From Enterobacteriaceae bacterium (GTDB lineage: Bacteria; Pseudomonadota; Gammaproteobacteria; Enterobacterales; Enterobacteriaceae): a DNA stretch of 32,000 nt. Made by a program: the position numbers and the translations under genes. The stretch is from positions 70,518-102,517 of the forward strand of contig JAIRVT010000016.1 in the NCBI GenBank assembly GCA_031253755.1, read 5' to 3'. The notes under the pieces are model-generated. The model saw nothing but the letters and a program-made list of their open reading frames with translations. It searched no databases and was not told where the DNA came from. Of this stretch, positions 18,705 to 28,868 are shown piece by piece (the first letter of the stretch is position 1; every line of letters starts with the position of its first letter).

Positions 18705-19835
18705 TCAGGCAAAAAATTCCTTAATGCGGCTGATGACGAGTTGCTGCTCTTCATCAGTAATATTGTAAAACATCGGCAAACGTACCAAACGCTCACTTTC
18801 GCTGGTGGTGAAACGATCTTCGCCGTGGAAACGGCCGAATGTCTCACCGGCAGGGCACGAGTGCAATGGAACATAGTGGAATACGGTCAGCATATCTGCC
18901 GCTTTCATATGGCTGTTAAATTCGCCACGCTGTTCGACATCTTTCAGCTTGATATAGAACATATGCGCATTGTGTTCCCGGTTTTCCGGTATCGCCGGCA
19001 GCGTTAACAACCCTTTTTCAGCCAGTGGCTTCAGTGCCTGATAGTAGTGATGCCATAAAACCAGACGGCGCTGGTTGATTTTATCCGCCACTTCCAATTG
19101 CGCCCACAGGAAAGCCGCCTGCAAGTCAGACATCAGATAGCTTGAACCGATATCACGCCAGGTGTATTTGTCCACTTGCCCACGGAAGAACTGCGTGCGG
19201 TTAGTGCCTTTTTCACGGATAACTTCGGCACGGGTGATCATGGCGTTATCGTTGATCAGTGTTGCTCCGCCTTCACCGCCGGCAGAGTAGTTTTTCGTTT
19301 CATGGAAACTGAAACAGCCGATATGACCGATGGTTCCCAATGCCCGGCCTTTATAAGTGGACATCACGCCCTGCGCCGCATCTTCCACAACATACAGGTC
19401 ATATTTTTTCGCCAGCGCCATGATGGTATCCATCTCACAGGCAACGCCGGCATAGTGCACGGGGACGATAGCTTTGGTTTTATCCGTGATAGCGGCCTCA
19501 ATTTTGGTTTCATCAATATTCATCGTGTCAGGATGAACATCCACAAACACAATGGTCGCCCCGCGCAGGACAAAGGCATTAGCCGTCGAAACGAAGGTGT
19601 AGCTCGGCATGATAACTTCATCACCCGGCTGGATATTCAACAGAATTGCCGCCATTTCCAATGAGGCGGTACAAGATGGTGTTAACTGGGCTTTTAAGCA
19701 ACCAAAATGCTGCTCCATCCACTCTTCACAGCGTTTGGTAAAACCACCATCACCACACAGTTTTCCACTGGCCATCGCTTGCTGCATATACTCTAATTCA
19801 GTGCCGACTACGGGTGGTTTATTAAATGGAATCAT
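18705..19835 (-). CDS. wecE: dTDP-4-amino-4,6-dideoxygalactose transaminase WecE (RffA)
   Basis: The ORF-track ORF is 18705..19880. The homology start is the ATG at 19835 (MIPFN.PPVVGTEL.YMQ.AM.SGKLCGDGGFT), with GAGGA 5 nt upstream. PLP-enzyme blocks such as VIMPSYTFVSTANAFVLRGA.IVFVDV and GCFSFHETKNY.AGGEGGA are conserved. It overlaps the wecD 3' end by 14 bp. Confidence 0.96.
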   Translation of the reverse strand: MIPFNKPPVVGTELEYMQQAMASGKLCGDGGFTKRCEEWMEQHFGCLKAQLTPSCTASLEMAAILLNIQPGDEVIMPSYTFVSTANAFVLRGATIVFVDVHPDTMNIDETKIEAAITDKTKAIVPVHYAGVACEMDTIMALAKKYDLYVVEDAAQGVMSTYKGRALGTIGHIGCFSFHETKNYSAGGEGGATLINDNAMITRAEVIREKGTNRTQFFRGQVDKYTWRDIGSSYLMSDLQAAFLWAQLEVADKINQRRLVLWHHYYQALKPLAEKGLLTLPAIPENREHNAHMFYIKLKDVEQRGEFNSHMKAADMLTVFHYVPLHSCPAGETFGRFHGEDRFTTSESERLVRLPMFYNITDEEQQLVISRIKEFFA

Positions 19836-20568
19836 TTCGTCCTCTGTATAACCAATATGAGGTGCTTTCGATGACTGCACCGCTACGTGTATAAAGGCGC
19901 AAGGCGGTGATGTTGCTGATTTGCGTTGCCACTCTCAGCTGTTGTATCCGATGGTTATGACACCACTGCTGCGCCGCCGACATCAACTTCTTGCCAATTC
20001 CCTGCTGCTGCCTGCCCGGTAATGCGGCCAGTAAGCCTATTCGTGCTTCACCAGCGCCTGTGTTTCTCATCGTGACAAAACCGGCAAGCTTGCCAGATTC
20101 ATCGTTGACCAGCAAACACGCGTGATCAAACGTTCCCAAAACGGCTTTTTCTGCCCAGACGGCATAAAAGCGCCCGCTGTCATCCGGCTGATACCAAGGG
20201 GTACGAAAGCGGCTACGGGCAAATACGCTGGCAGCAGCGGCTTTCAAGTCCGGAATATCCTGTGCTGTCGCGGTGATCAATGCCTGATGCTTATCCGTCT
20301 GCTCTGGATTAACGGGTAAAAGTAAATCCGCTTCCCCTTCTACCAGAGAAAATCCCAGAGAAGATAATTTATCAATCACATTAACCTGTTGCGCAGGGAC
20401 TTTCGCCTGTACCAAAGCATATTCATCCAACTGTGTCGTTGTTATCTGTTCTGTTGTTGATGATGAATATGTTGATGAATACGCTGGCGCAAAAGTCAGG
20501 CGAGCGGTGGACAAGCCAAAAAATTGGCTGTCCCATGTCAGAGGTTCAAGCTCAGCGCAAATAGACAT
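19822..20568 (-). CDS. wecD: dTDP-fucosamine acetyltransferase WecD (RffC), GNAT family
   Basis: The ORF-track ORF is 19822..20643. The likely start is the ATG at 20568 ([18 protein letters not shown] versus recalled E. coli MPVRASIEPLTWENAFFG). [31 protein letters not shown] and LRVATQ..N..AL..Y..SGA..EST.YWLYR are conserved. The start is uncertain because there is no strong SD. Confidence 0.85.
   Translation of the reverse strand: MSICAELEPLTWDSQFFGLSTARLTFAPAYSSTYSSSTTEQITTTQLDEYALVQAKVPAQQVNVIDKLSSLGFSLVEGEADLLLPVNPEQTDKHQALITATAQDIPDLKAAAASVFARSRFRTPWYQPDDSGRFYAVWAEKAVLGTFDHACLLVNDESGKLAGFVTMRNTGAGEARIGLLAALPGRQQQGIGKKLMSAAQQWCHNHRIQQLRVATQISNITALRLYTRSGAVIESTSYWLYRGRNDSI
20455..20481 (-). 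repeat. In-frame 12/15-bp tandem duplication inside wecD
   Basis: On the minus strand, TATTCATCAACA (20481-20470) and TATTCATCATCAACA (20469-20455) encode YSST-YSSST. The segment is absent from recalled E. coli WecD. Confidence 0.75.
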
Positions 20569-21427
20569 GGAGTAAATCCAGCAAGTATTGGCCATACCCC
20601 GTTTTTGCCAGCTCGGTTGCAGAGGCCCTGACCTGATCATCACTCATCCAGCCATTGCGCCAGGCAATCTCTTCCAGACAGGCAATTTTGAAGCCCTGCC
20701 GTTTTTCGACAGTCTGAACAAACGTACTGGCCTCGATCAGGCTGTCATGAGTGCCGGTATCCAGCCAGGCAAAGCCACGCCCCAGCAGTTCAACATTCAG
20801 CTCTCCGCGTTCCAGATACATCTGGTTAATGCTGGTAATCTCCAGCTCACCACGTACCGACGGTTTTACCTGCTTGGCAAAATCGACAACCTTATTGTCA
20901 TAAAAATAAAGCCCGGTGACTGCCCAGTTTGATTTTGGCTGCACCGGTTTCTCTTCGATGGACAGCACGCGATATTGTTCGTCAAATTCCACCACGCCAA
21001 ACCGCTCAGGGTCCATGACCTGATAACCAAAGACGGTCGCGCCATGCGTACGGGTTGTCACACTCTGCAATTTCGGGCTGAATGCCTGACCGAAGTAGAT
21101 ATTATCCCCCAGCACCAGACAGCAGGCATCATCGCCGATGAACTCCTCACCAATCAGAAATGCTTGTGCCAACCCATCCGGCGAAGGCTGCACCGCGTAG
21201 CTCAGGTGAATGCCGAAGCGTTCCCCCTCCCCCAGTAGCCGTTTAAACGCGGGCAAATCTTCTTGAGTAGAAATAATCAGAATATCGCGTATGCCTGCCA
21301 GCATTAACACTGACAGCGGATAGTAGATCATGGGCTTATCATAAATAGGCAGTAACTGCTTTGATACGCCACGTGTTATTGGATACAGGCGAGTACCAGA
21401 GCCTCCGGCCAGTATAATTCCTTTCAT
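20552..21427 (-). CDS. rffH: Glucose-1-phosphate thymidylyltransferase RffH
   Basis: The ORF-track ORF is 20552..21457. The start is the ATG at 21427 ([47 protein letters not shown]), with a GGGGGA SD 5 nt upstream. This is a canonical RmlA/RffH family sequence. Confidence 0.96.
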   Translation of the reverse strand: MKGIILAGGSGTRLYPITRGVSKQLLPIYDKPMIYYPLSVLMLAGIRDILIISTQEDLPAFKRLLGEGERFGIHLSYAVQPSPDGLAQAFLIGEEFIGDDACCLVLGDNIYFGQAFSPKLQSVTTRTHGATVFGYQVMDPERFGVVEFDEQYRVLSIEEKPVQPKSNWAVTGLYFYDNKVVDFAKQVKPSVRGELEITSINQMYLERGELNVELLGRGFAWLDTGTHDSLIEASTFVQTVEKRQGFKIACLEEIAWRNGWMSDDQVRASATELAKTGYGQYLLDLLHVYLR

Positions 21428-21450
21428 TTCATCCCCCAGACGACTTGGTG

Positions 21451-21509
21451 AAAACAAGCAAATAGCTAAAACAGGTGAATTGTTAAAACAAGCAAATGGC
21501 TAAAACAGG
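21451..21509. repeat. 25-bp direct repeat (period 34 bp) spanning the rffG stop codon and the rffG-rffH spacer
   Basis: aaaacaagcaaatagctaaaacagg (21451-21475) and aaaacaagcaaatggctaaaacagg (21485-21509) differ by 1 mismatch. The second copy contains the last two sense codons and the TAG of rffG. Confidence 0.85.
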
Positions 21510-22564
21510 CCAAGACGTTCTCCGGCATAAGAGCCATCCTGAACCCGGCGCCACCAGTGCTCATTTTCCAGATACCACTGCACGGTTTTGCGAATACCGG
21601 ATTCAAATGTTTCCTGCGGTGTCCAACCTAATTCCCGTTCAATTTTCGCGGCATCGATGGCATAACGCATATCATGCCCCGGACGATCAGTCACATAAGT
21701 AATCAAATCACGATAGAACGCGACTCCGGTGGTTTTTTCCGGGCGAAGCTCTTCCAATAATTCGCAGATGATTTCCACAACATCAATATTCCGGCGTTCA
21801 TTATGACCGCCGATGTTATAGGTTTCCCCCGGCTCAGCCTGAGTCACCACCCGATGCAGTGCCCGCGCATGATCTTCCACGTACAGCCAATCACGGATCT
21901 GTTCGCCTTTACCGTAAACCGGCAAGGATTTTCCGGCCAGTGCGTTCAAAATCATCAGTGGGATCAGTTTTTCCGGGAAATGGTACGGCCCATAGTTGTT
22001 TGAACAGTTGGTGATGACTGTCGGTAAACCGTAGGTACGACGCCACGCCCTGACCAGATGGTCACTGGAAGCTTTCGAGGCAGAGTAAGGGCTGCTCGGC
22101 GCATACGGTGTGGTTTCTGTGAAGAAGCCGTTGTCACCATGCAAATCACCATACACTTCATCCGTTGAAATATGGTGGAAGCGAAATGCGGCCTGCTGGT
22201 TTTGATCCAGTTGCTGCCAGTAAGCACGAGCCGCTTCCAGTAAAATATAGGTGCCGATGATGTTGGTTTCGATAAACGCGGCCGGACCATCAATGGAGCG
22301 GTCAACATGGCTTTCGGCGGCCAGATGCATCACGGCATCCGGCTGATATTGCTGAAAAACGCGATCCAGTGCCTGACGGTCACGGATATCCACCTGTTCA
22401 AACGCATAACGAGGATGACTCGCTACGGTCGCCAGTGATTCAAGGTTGCCGGCATAAGTCAAACTATCGACAACAACGGCACTGTCTTCGGTATGGCTGA
22501 TAATGTGGCGAACGACCGCAGAGCCGATAAAACCCGCTCCGCCTGTGATCAGAATACGTTTCAA
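21500..22564 (-). CDS. rffG: dTDP-glucose 4,6-dehydratase RffG
   Basis: 354-aa ORF starting (M)[54 protein letters not shown] and [48 protein letters not shown] match recalled E. coli RffG. The start codon is TTG (22564..22562), within a TTGA overlap with the wecC stop. Confidence 0.96.
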   Translation of the reverse strand: MKRILITGGAGFIGSAVVRHIISHTEDSAVVVDSLTYAGNLESLATVASHPRYAFEQVDIRDRQALDRVFQQYQPDAVMHLAAESHVDRSIDGPAAFIETNIIGTYILLEAARAYWQQLDQNQQAAFRFHHISTDEVYGDLHGDNGFFTETTPYAPSSPYSASKASSDHLVRAWRRTYGLPTVITNCSNNYGPYHFPEKLIPLMILNALAGKSLPVYGKGEQIRDWLYVEDHARALHRVVTQAEPGETYNIGGHNERRNIDVVEIICELLEELRPEKTTGVAFYRDLITYVTDRPGHDMRYAIDAAKIERELGWTPQETFESGIRKTVQWYLENEHWWRRVQDGSYAGERLGLF

Positions 22565-23823
22565 CGCCAGACTCCTTTGGTATCAACGATCCATTTTTGT
22601 TTTATTTGCTCGCCGTTAATCGCTTTAAACTGGCTATGATCCACCAGCATTAACACAACGTCGGCATCGTTCAGCGCCTGTTGTAAATCCACCAGCTCCA
22701 CGACGCCCGTCAGGGTTTGCGGCAGGTTATGGATATTCGGTTCGACGGCAAGGGTGACGCCCGCGTGCCACTGCGCGACCATTTTGGTGATATGAACGGC
22801 CGGGCTTTCCCGTAAGTCATCAATATTGGCTTTGAATGCCAGACCAAAACAGGCGATTTTCACTTCACTGGCGCGTTTGCCGCTTGCAGCTAAACAGTCC
22901 GCCACTGCCGCTTTCACTTGATCAACGACCCAGCGTGGCTTGTCATCATTAACCAGACGGGCGGTGTGAATCAGGCGAGATTGTGCCGGGTTCTGTGACA
23001 CGATAAACCACGGATCGACGGCAATGCAGTGCCCACCGACGCCCGGACCCGGTTGCAGAATATTGACGCGCGGATGACGGTTCGCCAAACGAATTAATTC
23101 CCAGACGTTAATGCCCTGTTCGGCGCAGATCAGCGACAGTTCATTCGCAAAGGCGATGTTAACGTCGCGGAAACTGTTTTCGGTCAGTTTACACATTTCC
23201 GCCGTTCTGGCGTTGGTGATAACACATTCACCTTCAAGGAAAATTTTATACAGTTCACTTGCTCTGGCGGATGATTTCGGTGTCATACCGCCCACAACAC
23301 GGTCATTTTTGATCAATTCCACCATCACCTGCCCCGGCAACACCCGCTCAGGACAATAGGCGATATCAATATCCGCATTCTCTCCAGCCTGTTGTGGAAA
23401 CGAAAGATCCGGGCGCGCTGCTGCCAGCCATTGTGCCATCTGTTCAGTCGCGCCGACGGGCGATGTGGATTCCAGAATAATCAAATCGCCTTTTTTCAAC
23501 ACCGGCGCTATCGATTCGGCAGCAGAGCGGACATAAACCATGTCAGGCTCATGTTCGCCCTTAAAAGGCGTCGGCACGGCGATTAAAAAGGCGTCAGCAG
23601 GTTGAGGGGAAGAGACCGCTTTCAGGTAACCGCCGTCCACAGCGGTTTTTACAACACTGTCTAAATCAGGCTCAACAATATGAATTGCGCCACGGTTAAT
23701 TGTCTCGACCGCATGTTGGTTGACATCAACGCCAATAACGGTTTTCTGGCGTGAAGCAAATGCTGCCGCAGTCGGTAGGCCAATATATCCCAGCCCGATC
23801 ACAGAAATTATGTCAAAACTCAT
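22561..23823 (-). CDS. wecC: UDP-N-acetyl-D-mannosamine dehydrogenase WecC (RffD)
   Basis: The ORF-track ORF is 22561..23868. The homology start is the ATG at 23823 ([48 protein letters not shown]), in an ATGA overlap with the wecB stop. Confidence 0.96.
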   Translation of the reverse strand: MSFDIISVIGLGYIGLPTAAAFASRQKTVIGVDVNQHAVETINRGAIHIVEPDLDSVVKTAVDGGYLKAVSSPQPADAFLIAVPTPFKGEHEPDMVYVRSAAESIAPVLKKGDLIILESTSPVGATEQMAQWLAAARPDLSFPQQAGENADIDIAYCPERVLPGQVMVELIKNDRVVGGMTPKSSARASELYKIFLEGECVITNARTAEMCKLTENSFRDVNIAFANELSLICAEQGINVWELIRLANRHPRVNILQPGPGVGGHCIAVDPWFIVSQNPAQSRLIHTARLVNDDKPRWVVDQVKAAVADCLAASGKRASEVKIACFGLAFKANIDDLRESPAVHITKMVAQWHAGVTLAVEPNIHNLPQTLTGVVELVDLQQALNDADVVLMLVDHSQFKAINGEQIKQKWIVDTKGVWR

Positions 23824-24950
23824 AATGTCACCTGATTTTTTTTCAATGCTTCTAAAATTCGCTGGCAAGCCTTGCCATCTCCGTAAGGATTATGGGCGCG
23901 GCTCATTTGTTGATAGGCGGAGTCATCGGTCAGTAAGCGAGTGGCTTCATCGACAATAGTTTGGGTTTTTGTTCCCACCAATCTCACTGTACCGGCATCG
24001 ACGGCTTCCGGGCGTTCTGTCGTATTACGCATCACCAGAACCGGTTTCCCAAGAGAAGGCGCTTCTTCCTGTATGCCGCCGGAATCGGTCAAAATCATAT
24101 AAGCGTGATTCATCAGATAGACAAACGGCAGATAGTCCTGTGGGTTTATCAGGATCACATTATCGATATCATGGAGAATGCGTTTAACCGGTTCATAGAC
24201 ATTCGGGTTCAGGTGGACAGGGTAAACAACCTGTACATCCGGGTGCATTCTGGCAATCTGTGCCAACGCTTCACAAATCCGCTCAAATCCATCGCCAAAA
24301 TTCTCACGGCGGTGACCTGTCACCAGAATCATTTTTTTGTTGGCGTCAATAAAAGGGTAAAGCTCGGCAAGCTGCTCACTTAATCTTTCATCATTCATGA
24401 TGCGATCACGGACCCAGAGCAACGTGTCAATCACGGTATTGCCGGTCACAAAAATCGCGTTATCCGTAATGGATTCTTTCAGGAGATTGTGACGAGAGTT
24501 TTCTGTTGGTGCAAAATGGTAAGTCGCCAAATGGCCTGCAATCTTACGGTTAGCTTCTTCAGGCCACGGTGAATATAAATCGCCTGTTCTTAACCCGGCT
24601 TCAACATGCCCTACCGGAATGCGCTGGTAAAATGCGGCCAGACTGGTCGCCATTGTCGTGGTGGTATCACCATGTACCAATACCACATCCGGCTTGAACT
24701 CGTTCAGCACAGGTTTCATCGCTTCAAGTATCCGGCAGGTAATATCCGTGAGATCCTGCCCTTTCCTCATAATATTGAGGTCAAAATCCGGCTTGATCTC
24801 AAACAAATGCAGTACCTGATCCAACATTTCCCTATGCTGTGCAGTAACACAAACTTTGGCCTCAAAAGCAGGATCCTTAGCCAAAGCGTGTACCAATGGC
24901 GCCATTTTAATGGCTTCCGGACGAGTACCGAACACAGTCAACACTTTCAC
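23820..24950 (-). CDS. wecB: UDP-N-acetylglucosamine 2-epimerase WecB (RffE)
   Basis: 376-aa ORF starting [83 protein letters not shown] is also conserved. Confidence 0.97.
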   Translation of the reverse strand: MKVLTVFGTRPEAIKMAPLVHALAKDPAFEAKVCVTAQHREMLDQVLHLFEIKPDFDLNIMRKGQDLTDITCRILEAMKPVLNEFKPDVVLVHGDTTTTMATSLAAFYQRIPVGHVEAGLRTGDLYSPWPEEANRKIAGHLATYHFAPTENSRHNLLKESITDNAIFVTGNTVIDTLLWVRDRIMNDERLSEQLAELYPFIDANKKMILVTGHRRENFGDGFERICEALAQIARMHPDVQVVYPVHLNPNVYEPVKRILHDIDNVILINPQDYLPFVYLMNHAYMILTDSGGIQEEAPSLGKPVLVMRNTTERPEAVDAGTVRLVGTKTQTIVDEATRLLTDDSAYQQMSRAHNPYGDGKACQRILEALKKNQVTL

Positions 24951-24995
24951 AGTGACTCTCTTATTTTGTCAATCATAAAATTGGGTTAGCTAAAA

Positions 24996-26066
24996 TTACG
25001 TGCGGGAGCGTCTCACTAATGCCACGCCTGCCCCGGCCAACATGCCGATAGATCCCCACAAAAGCATCATAAATGTGCGACGGGGGCTATCTTTGCTGAC
25101 CGGCTCCTCAGGAGTTCTGAGATAACGGTAGGTCTGAAATGTGTCTTGCAATACCGGGCCAATCTCTAATGTCGCCAGCATAGCGATATTTTGATCATAA
25201 TCGATGTTGTAATCCGGGCCGGTTGCCTCTAACGTCTCAATCTGAGCCTGCAACATGGGAACGCCTAGCAGAAACATTTTGGATTCAGGCAGGGTATCAG
25301 CAGGAACACTCGCCTGATTACGTTCAATGCCCTGTTTTTCAGCGACTTTCAATGATTGCTGCAACACGTCCAGCTCTCGATCATACATTGCCTTAGCAAC
25401 CACTTCTTGCCGTTTAACCAGCGCTTTTAACGAGCTAACTCGCACTGACCATGCACCTTTGATTTCGTTGTTCAGATAAGTGCTCGCACGGTGATTAGCA
25501 AAAGCAATATATTCCCGCAACAGGCGGTTGGCGTCTGCGGCTGTTTCCGCCGTCAGCTTGATGCTGTCATTGGGTACATTTTTTTCATTACGGCGTGTCA
25601 CTTGAATATCGCTGATCAATTGATCCAACAGCACGGAATCTGCTTTGCTATTACCGTTATTACCGTTATTACTACAACGCTGTTTGTAATAGCTGGAGTG
25701 TAACCAGAATTCACGACGGGTATCATAGGCTTCAACTTGGGTGATGAACTCTTTGTATGCAACATCAGGGATTGTCGGTAACTGAGTTTCCGGTGAGGCA
25801 TTGATGCGGGTATCCAAATTACGCAGGAATTGTTGTTGTGAATAATAACTTCCCAGATTATTGGTTGTTGCTAAATCCACGATAGCAGTTGTGCTCCATT
25901 TTTGCTGCATCAGATATGACGCAGCCAGAGCTACAGCAGCGAAAATGATTGCCAGCCCGATAATCCATATCTTGCCACGCCACAGAGCATAACATAGCGC
26001 ACGAATATCCAGTTCATGCTCTATAGTCGCTTGATCCTGATTCGATTTCGTTTCTGAATTTCTCAC
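24996..26066 (-). CDS. wzzE: ECA polysaccharide chain-length modulator WzzE
   Basis: 356-aa ORF with a GTG start and AGAGG about 10 nt upstream. ELDIR.L...LW.GK.WIIG, YYSQQQFLRNLD.R, WDTRREFWL...YYKQR and FQTYRYLRTPEEPV..DSPRR.F match recalled E. coli WzzE. It has the two terminal TM segments typical of PCP-1 proteins. Confidence 0.94.
   Translation of the reverse strand: MRNSETKSNQDQATIEHELDIRALCYALWRGKIWIIGLAIIFAAVALAASYLMQQKWSTTAIVDLATTNNLGSYYSQQQFLRNLDTRINASPETQLPTIPDVAYKEFITQVEAYDTRREFWLHSSYYKQRCSNNGNNGNSKADSVLLDQLISDIQVTRRNEKNVPNDSIKLTAETAADANRLLREYIAFANHRASTYLNNEIKGAWSVRVSSLKALVKRQEVVAKAMYDRELDVLQQSLKVAEKQGIERNQASVPADTLPESKMFLLGVPMLQAQIETLEATGPDYNIDYDQNIAMLATLEIGPVLQDTFQTYRYLRTPEEPVSKDSPRRTFMMLLWGSIGMLAGAGVALVRRSRT
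25650..25672 (-). repeat. In-frame 9-bp tandem repeat (2.5 copies) inside wzzE
   Basis: attaccgtt (25650-25658), attaccgtt (25659-25667), then attac. It encodes NNGNNGN where recalled E. coli WzzE has only ..VGNSKAD. Confidence 0.8.
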
Positions 26067-26098
26067 TGCGCAAAACCTCTTTGATAAGCCGATGTTTT

Positions 26099-27187
26099 TT
26101 AATTATGGCTAGTAACCCGACGCATCCGACGTTTACACCGTTTAATAAACCGCGCTACCCGCCATGCTCTTTTAATACAATAGCCATACAACATAAATGC
26201 AAGCAAAAATAATGCCAACATCACCCATTCAGGGACAAAACTTAACCGTTCGCCGATAATACCGACCATCGCTAATAATGCAGCAGCCAACGTGATGAGG
26301 ATAAATGCCTGCCGGGAAGTAAAACCTGCGCGCATGATCAAGTGATGGATATGCTGGCGATCCGGTGAAAATGGACTCATTCCCTTGCGCAGCCGACGAT
26401 ACATAATCGCAACCATATCCATTAATGGAATCGCAATAATCCACAGTGCCGTTACCGGATTAATCGCACGATCCTGCCCTTGTGTCGTTTCCGTCAGTAA
26501 CCAGATCACGGTAAAGCCGATCAGCGTACTGCCTGCGTCACCCATAAAGACTTTGAAACGTTTGCCAAATAGCCCCAGATTGAGAAAAATATACGGCAAG
26601 ATCCCTGCGATAAAGGCAAAACACCAGAATGCCAGCGCGGTGTTGCCACTTTCATACAGCAAAATACCCAATGCGCCGAAAGAGACGCTGGATAATCCGC
26701 CTAATAAACCATCAATGCCGTCTACCATATTAAAGGCATTAATCGCAGCCCAAACGGCAAACAGCGTGACAACATAGCTAAATGGCCCCAGCATCATTTC
26801 CCAATCACCAAACGCATTGCCTAAGCTATCCAGTTTCAGTCCGGCAAAATACATCATGCTGATACCGACTAAGGCCTGTATTGTTGCACGAATTTTTACA
26901 CTGATATCGAAACGGTCATCCAATGCACCAATAAAAACCAGTATTCCTGCACAAGCCAAGTACAACCACTTATGTGGGATAAACTCTTTTGTTATGACAA
27001 AAGCGAAACAAATACTGACAAAAACGGATATACCTCCCACCAAAGGAATTAATCCCTGATGGCGTTTGCGATAGTTCGGTTTATCAACAAGGCCTATCTT
27101 TTTTGCCAACTTCCTTGCGATAAACAAAAAAGAAAATGAAAATATAAAAATGCAAAAAATTTCGGCACTCATGCTGGGAATATTCAC
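26099..27187 (-). CDS. wecA: UDP-GlcNAc:undecaprenyl-phosphate GlcNAc-1-phosphate transferase WecA (Rfe)
   Basis: 362-aa ORF with a GTG start. The N-terminal register matches E. coli WecA exactly up to ARK.AKK.GLVDKPN.RKRHQGLIPLVGGISV. NAFNMVDGIDGLLGGLS and SPFSPDRQHIHHLIMRAGFTSRQAF.LITLAAALLA are conserved. Confidence 0.96.
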   Translation of the reverse strand: MNIPSMSAEIFCIFIFSFSFLFIARKLAKKIGLVDKPNYRKRHQGLIPLVGGISVFVSICFAFVITKEFIPHKWLYLACAGILVFIGALDDRFDISVKIRATIQALVGISMMYFAGLKLDSLGNAFGDWEMMLGPFSYVVTLFAVWAAINAFNMVDGIDGLLGGLSSVSFGALGILLYESGNTALAFWCFAFIAGILPYIFLNLGLFGKRFKVFMGDAGSTLIGFTVIWLLTETTQGQDRAINPVTALWIIAIPLMDMVAIMYRRLRKGMSPFSPDRQHIHHLIMRAGFTSRQAFILITLAAALLAMVGIIGERLSFVPEWVMLALFLLAFMLYGYCIKRAWRVARFIKRCKRRMRRVTSHN

Positions 27188-27523
27188 AATAACAACTCTC
27201 TGTAAAAATTATATGGGGTCATCTATTATTCATTGAATCATGGAAGTTCCATTCAACGCTAAATCCATCACTTACCTTTTCAAGAAGATGCCCTACGTGT
27301 AATGTCCTTCGTCTTTCAAACTGCTTCGCTGTTTGCAACACCCACTTACCCTTGCACCAAACAGGTCATGCAGCTTCTGGCTGTAAGTAATCATCATTTA
27401 TAAAATAGTTGTAACATGACACTTAAGAAACATGCTTTATTCAAATAACTTTTTCCAACCACTTTTTCCAAAAAGAATTATGCAAAAAACGTACCATTTA
27501 AATAAACAAGTCAGTCTACCTAT

Positions 27524-27551
27524 AAAAAACGCCACATAAAAGTGGCGTTTT
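27524..27551 (-). terminator. Intrinsic terminator downstream of rho
   Basis: aaaacgccac (27526-27535) / gtggcgtttt (27542-27551) with a 6-nt loop. On the minus strand the stem is followed by a T-run (complement of A24-A29). It lies 58 nt after the rho stop. The A/T flanks make it look bidirectional. Confidence 0.6.
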
Positions 27552-27608
27552 AAAAACGTGCTTGCTTAGCTATTTTTTGTCTATGAAAGACTCAATTTTA
27601 TCTATAAC

Positions 27609-28868
27609 TTATGAGCGCTTCATAAAGTCGAAGAATTCTTCATTTGTTTTTGTCATAGCCAGCTTGCTGATAAGGAATTCCATCGCATCAATTTCACCCA
27701 TCGGATGAATGATTTTACGCAATATCCACATTTTCTGTAGCTCATCTTGCGCAGTGAGTAATTCTTCCTTACGTGTGCCAGAACGGTTGTAATCGATAGC
27801 AGGGAAGACGCGTTTTTCCGCAATCTTACGGGACAGGTGTAATTCCATGTTACCTGTGCCTTTAAATTCTTCGTAAATCACTTCATCCATCTTCGAACCG
27901 GTATCAACCAACGCTGTTGCGATGATGGTCAGGCTACCACCCTCTTCAACGTTACGAGCGGCACCAAAGAAACGTTTTGGACGATGCAGTGCATTCGCAT
28001 CCACACCACCTGTCAATACCTTACCGGAAGCAGGAACGACGGTGTTGTAAGCTCGAGCCAGACGGGTGATGGAATCCAGCAGAATAATAACGTCTTTTTT
28101 ATGCTCAACCAGACGTTTTGCTTTTTCAATCACCATTTCAGCAACCTGAACATGGCGGGAAGCTGGTTCATCAAAGGTGGAAGCGATAACTTCACCTTTT
28201 ACCAGACGCTGCATTTCGGTCACTTCTTCCGGACGTTCATCGATAAGCAGAACCATCAGCACACAATCAGGATAGTTGTGGGCAATGTTTGCGGCAATAT
28301 TTTGCAGCAGCATGGTTTTACCTGCTTTTGGTGGCGCCACAATCAGGCCACGCTGGCCACGACCAATCGGTGCGGCTAAATCCAACACACGGGCGGTCAG
28401 ATCTTCTGTGGAGCCATTACCGCGCTCCATGCGCAAGCGATTGTTGGCATGCAGGGGAGTCAGGTTCTCAAACAGGATTTTACTACGGGCATTTTCGGGT
28501 TTATCAAAGTTAACTTCATTAACTTTCAGCAGGGCAAAATAGCGTTCACCTTCTTTTGGCGGGCGAATTTTACCTGAAATGGTGTCACCGGTACGGAGGT
28601 TAAAACGACGGATTTGACTAGGAGAAACGTAGATATCATCGGGGCCGGCAAGGTAGGAACTGTCTGCGGAGCGGAGGAAACCGAAGCCATCCTGCAATAT
28701 CTCCAGCACACCATCGCCGAAAATATCCTCTCCACTCTTCGCATGTTGTTTGAGGATAGAGAAGATAATGTCCTGCTTGCGCATACGAGCCAGATTTTCC
28801 AGCCCCATATTTTCGCCGAGAGTAATCAACTCTGATACCGGCGTATTTTTTAATTCGGTAAGATTCAT
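27609..28868 (-). CDS. rho: Transcription termination factor Rho
   Basis: 419-aa ORF starting [95 protein letters not shown]... It is essentially identical to recalled E. coli Rho. Walker A is PPKAGKT. Confidence 0.99.
   Translation of the reverse strand: MNLTELKNTPVSELITLGENMGLENLARMRKQDIIFSILKQHAKSGEDIFGDGVLEILQDGFGFLRSADSSYLAGPDDIYVSPSQIRRFNLRTGDTISGKIRPPKEGERYFALLKVNEVNFDKPENARSKILFENLTPLHANNRLRMERGNGSTEDLTARVLDLAAPIGRGQRGLIVAPPKAGKTMLLQNIAANIAHNYPDCVLMVLLIDERPEEVTEMQRLVKGEVIASTFDEPASRHVQVAEMVIEKAKRLVEHKKDVIILLDSITRLARAYNTVVPASGKVLTGGVDANALHRPKRFFGAARNVEEGGSLTIIATALVDTGSKMDEVIYEEFKGTGNMELHLSRKIAEKRVFPAIDYNRSGTRKEELLTAQDELQKMWILRKIIHPMGEIDAMEFLISKLAMTKTNEEFFDFMKRS

Noticed and set aside
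13538-18808. Chi octamers: GCTGGTGG on the minus strand at 13538-13545 and 18145-18152, and on the plus strand at 18801-18808.
   Set aside because: Three sites in 32 kb is within the ordinary range for enterobacterial core DNA. They show no clustering or orientation pattern that I can evaluate from one window.
14938-23868. N-terminal extensions in the ORF track for wzyE (to 16368), wecF (to 17468), wzxE (to 18874), wecE (to 19880), wecD (to 20643), rffH (to 21457) and wecC (to 23868). The same applies to dapF (to 2710) and yifL (to 2974).
   Set aside because: The extensions overlap the upstream gene and have no counterpart in the recalled E. coli proteins. The internal ATGs coincide with the homologous Met1 and with SD sequences or ATGA coupling junctions.
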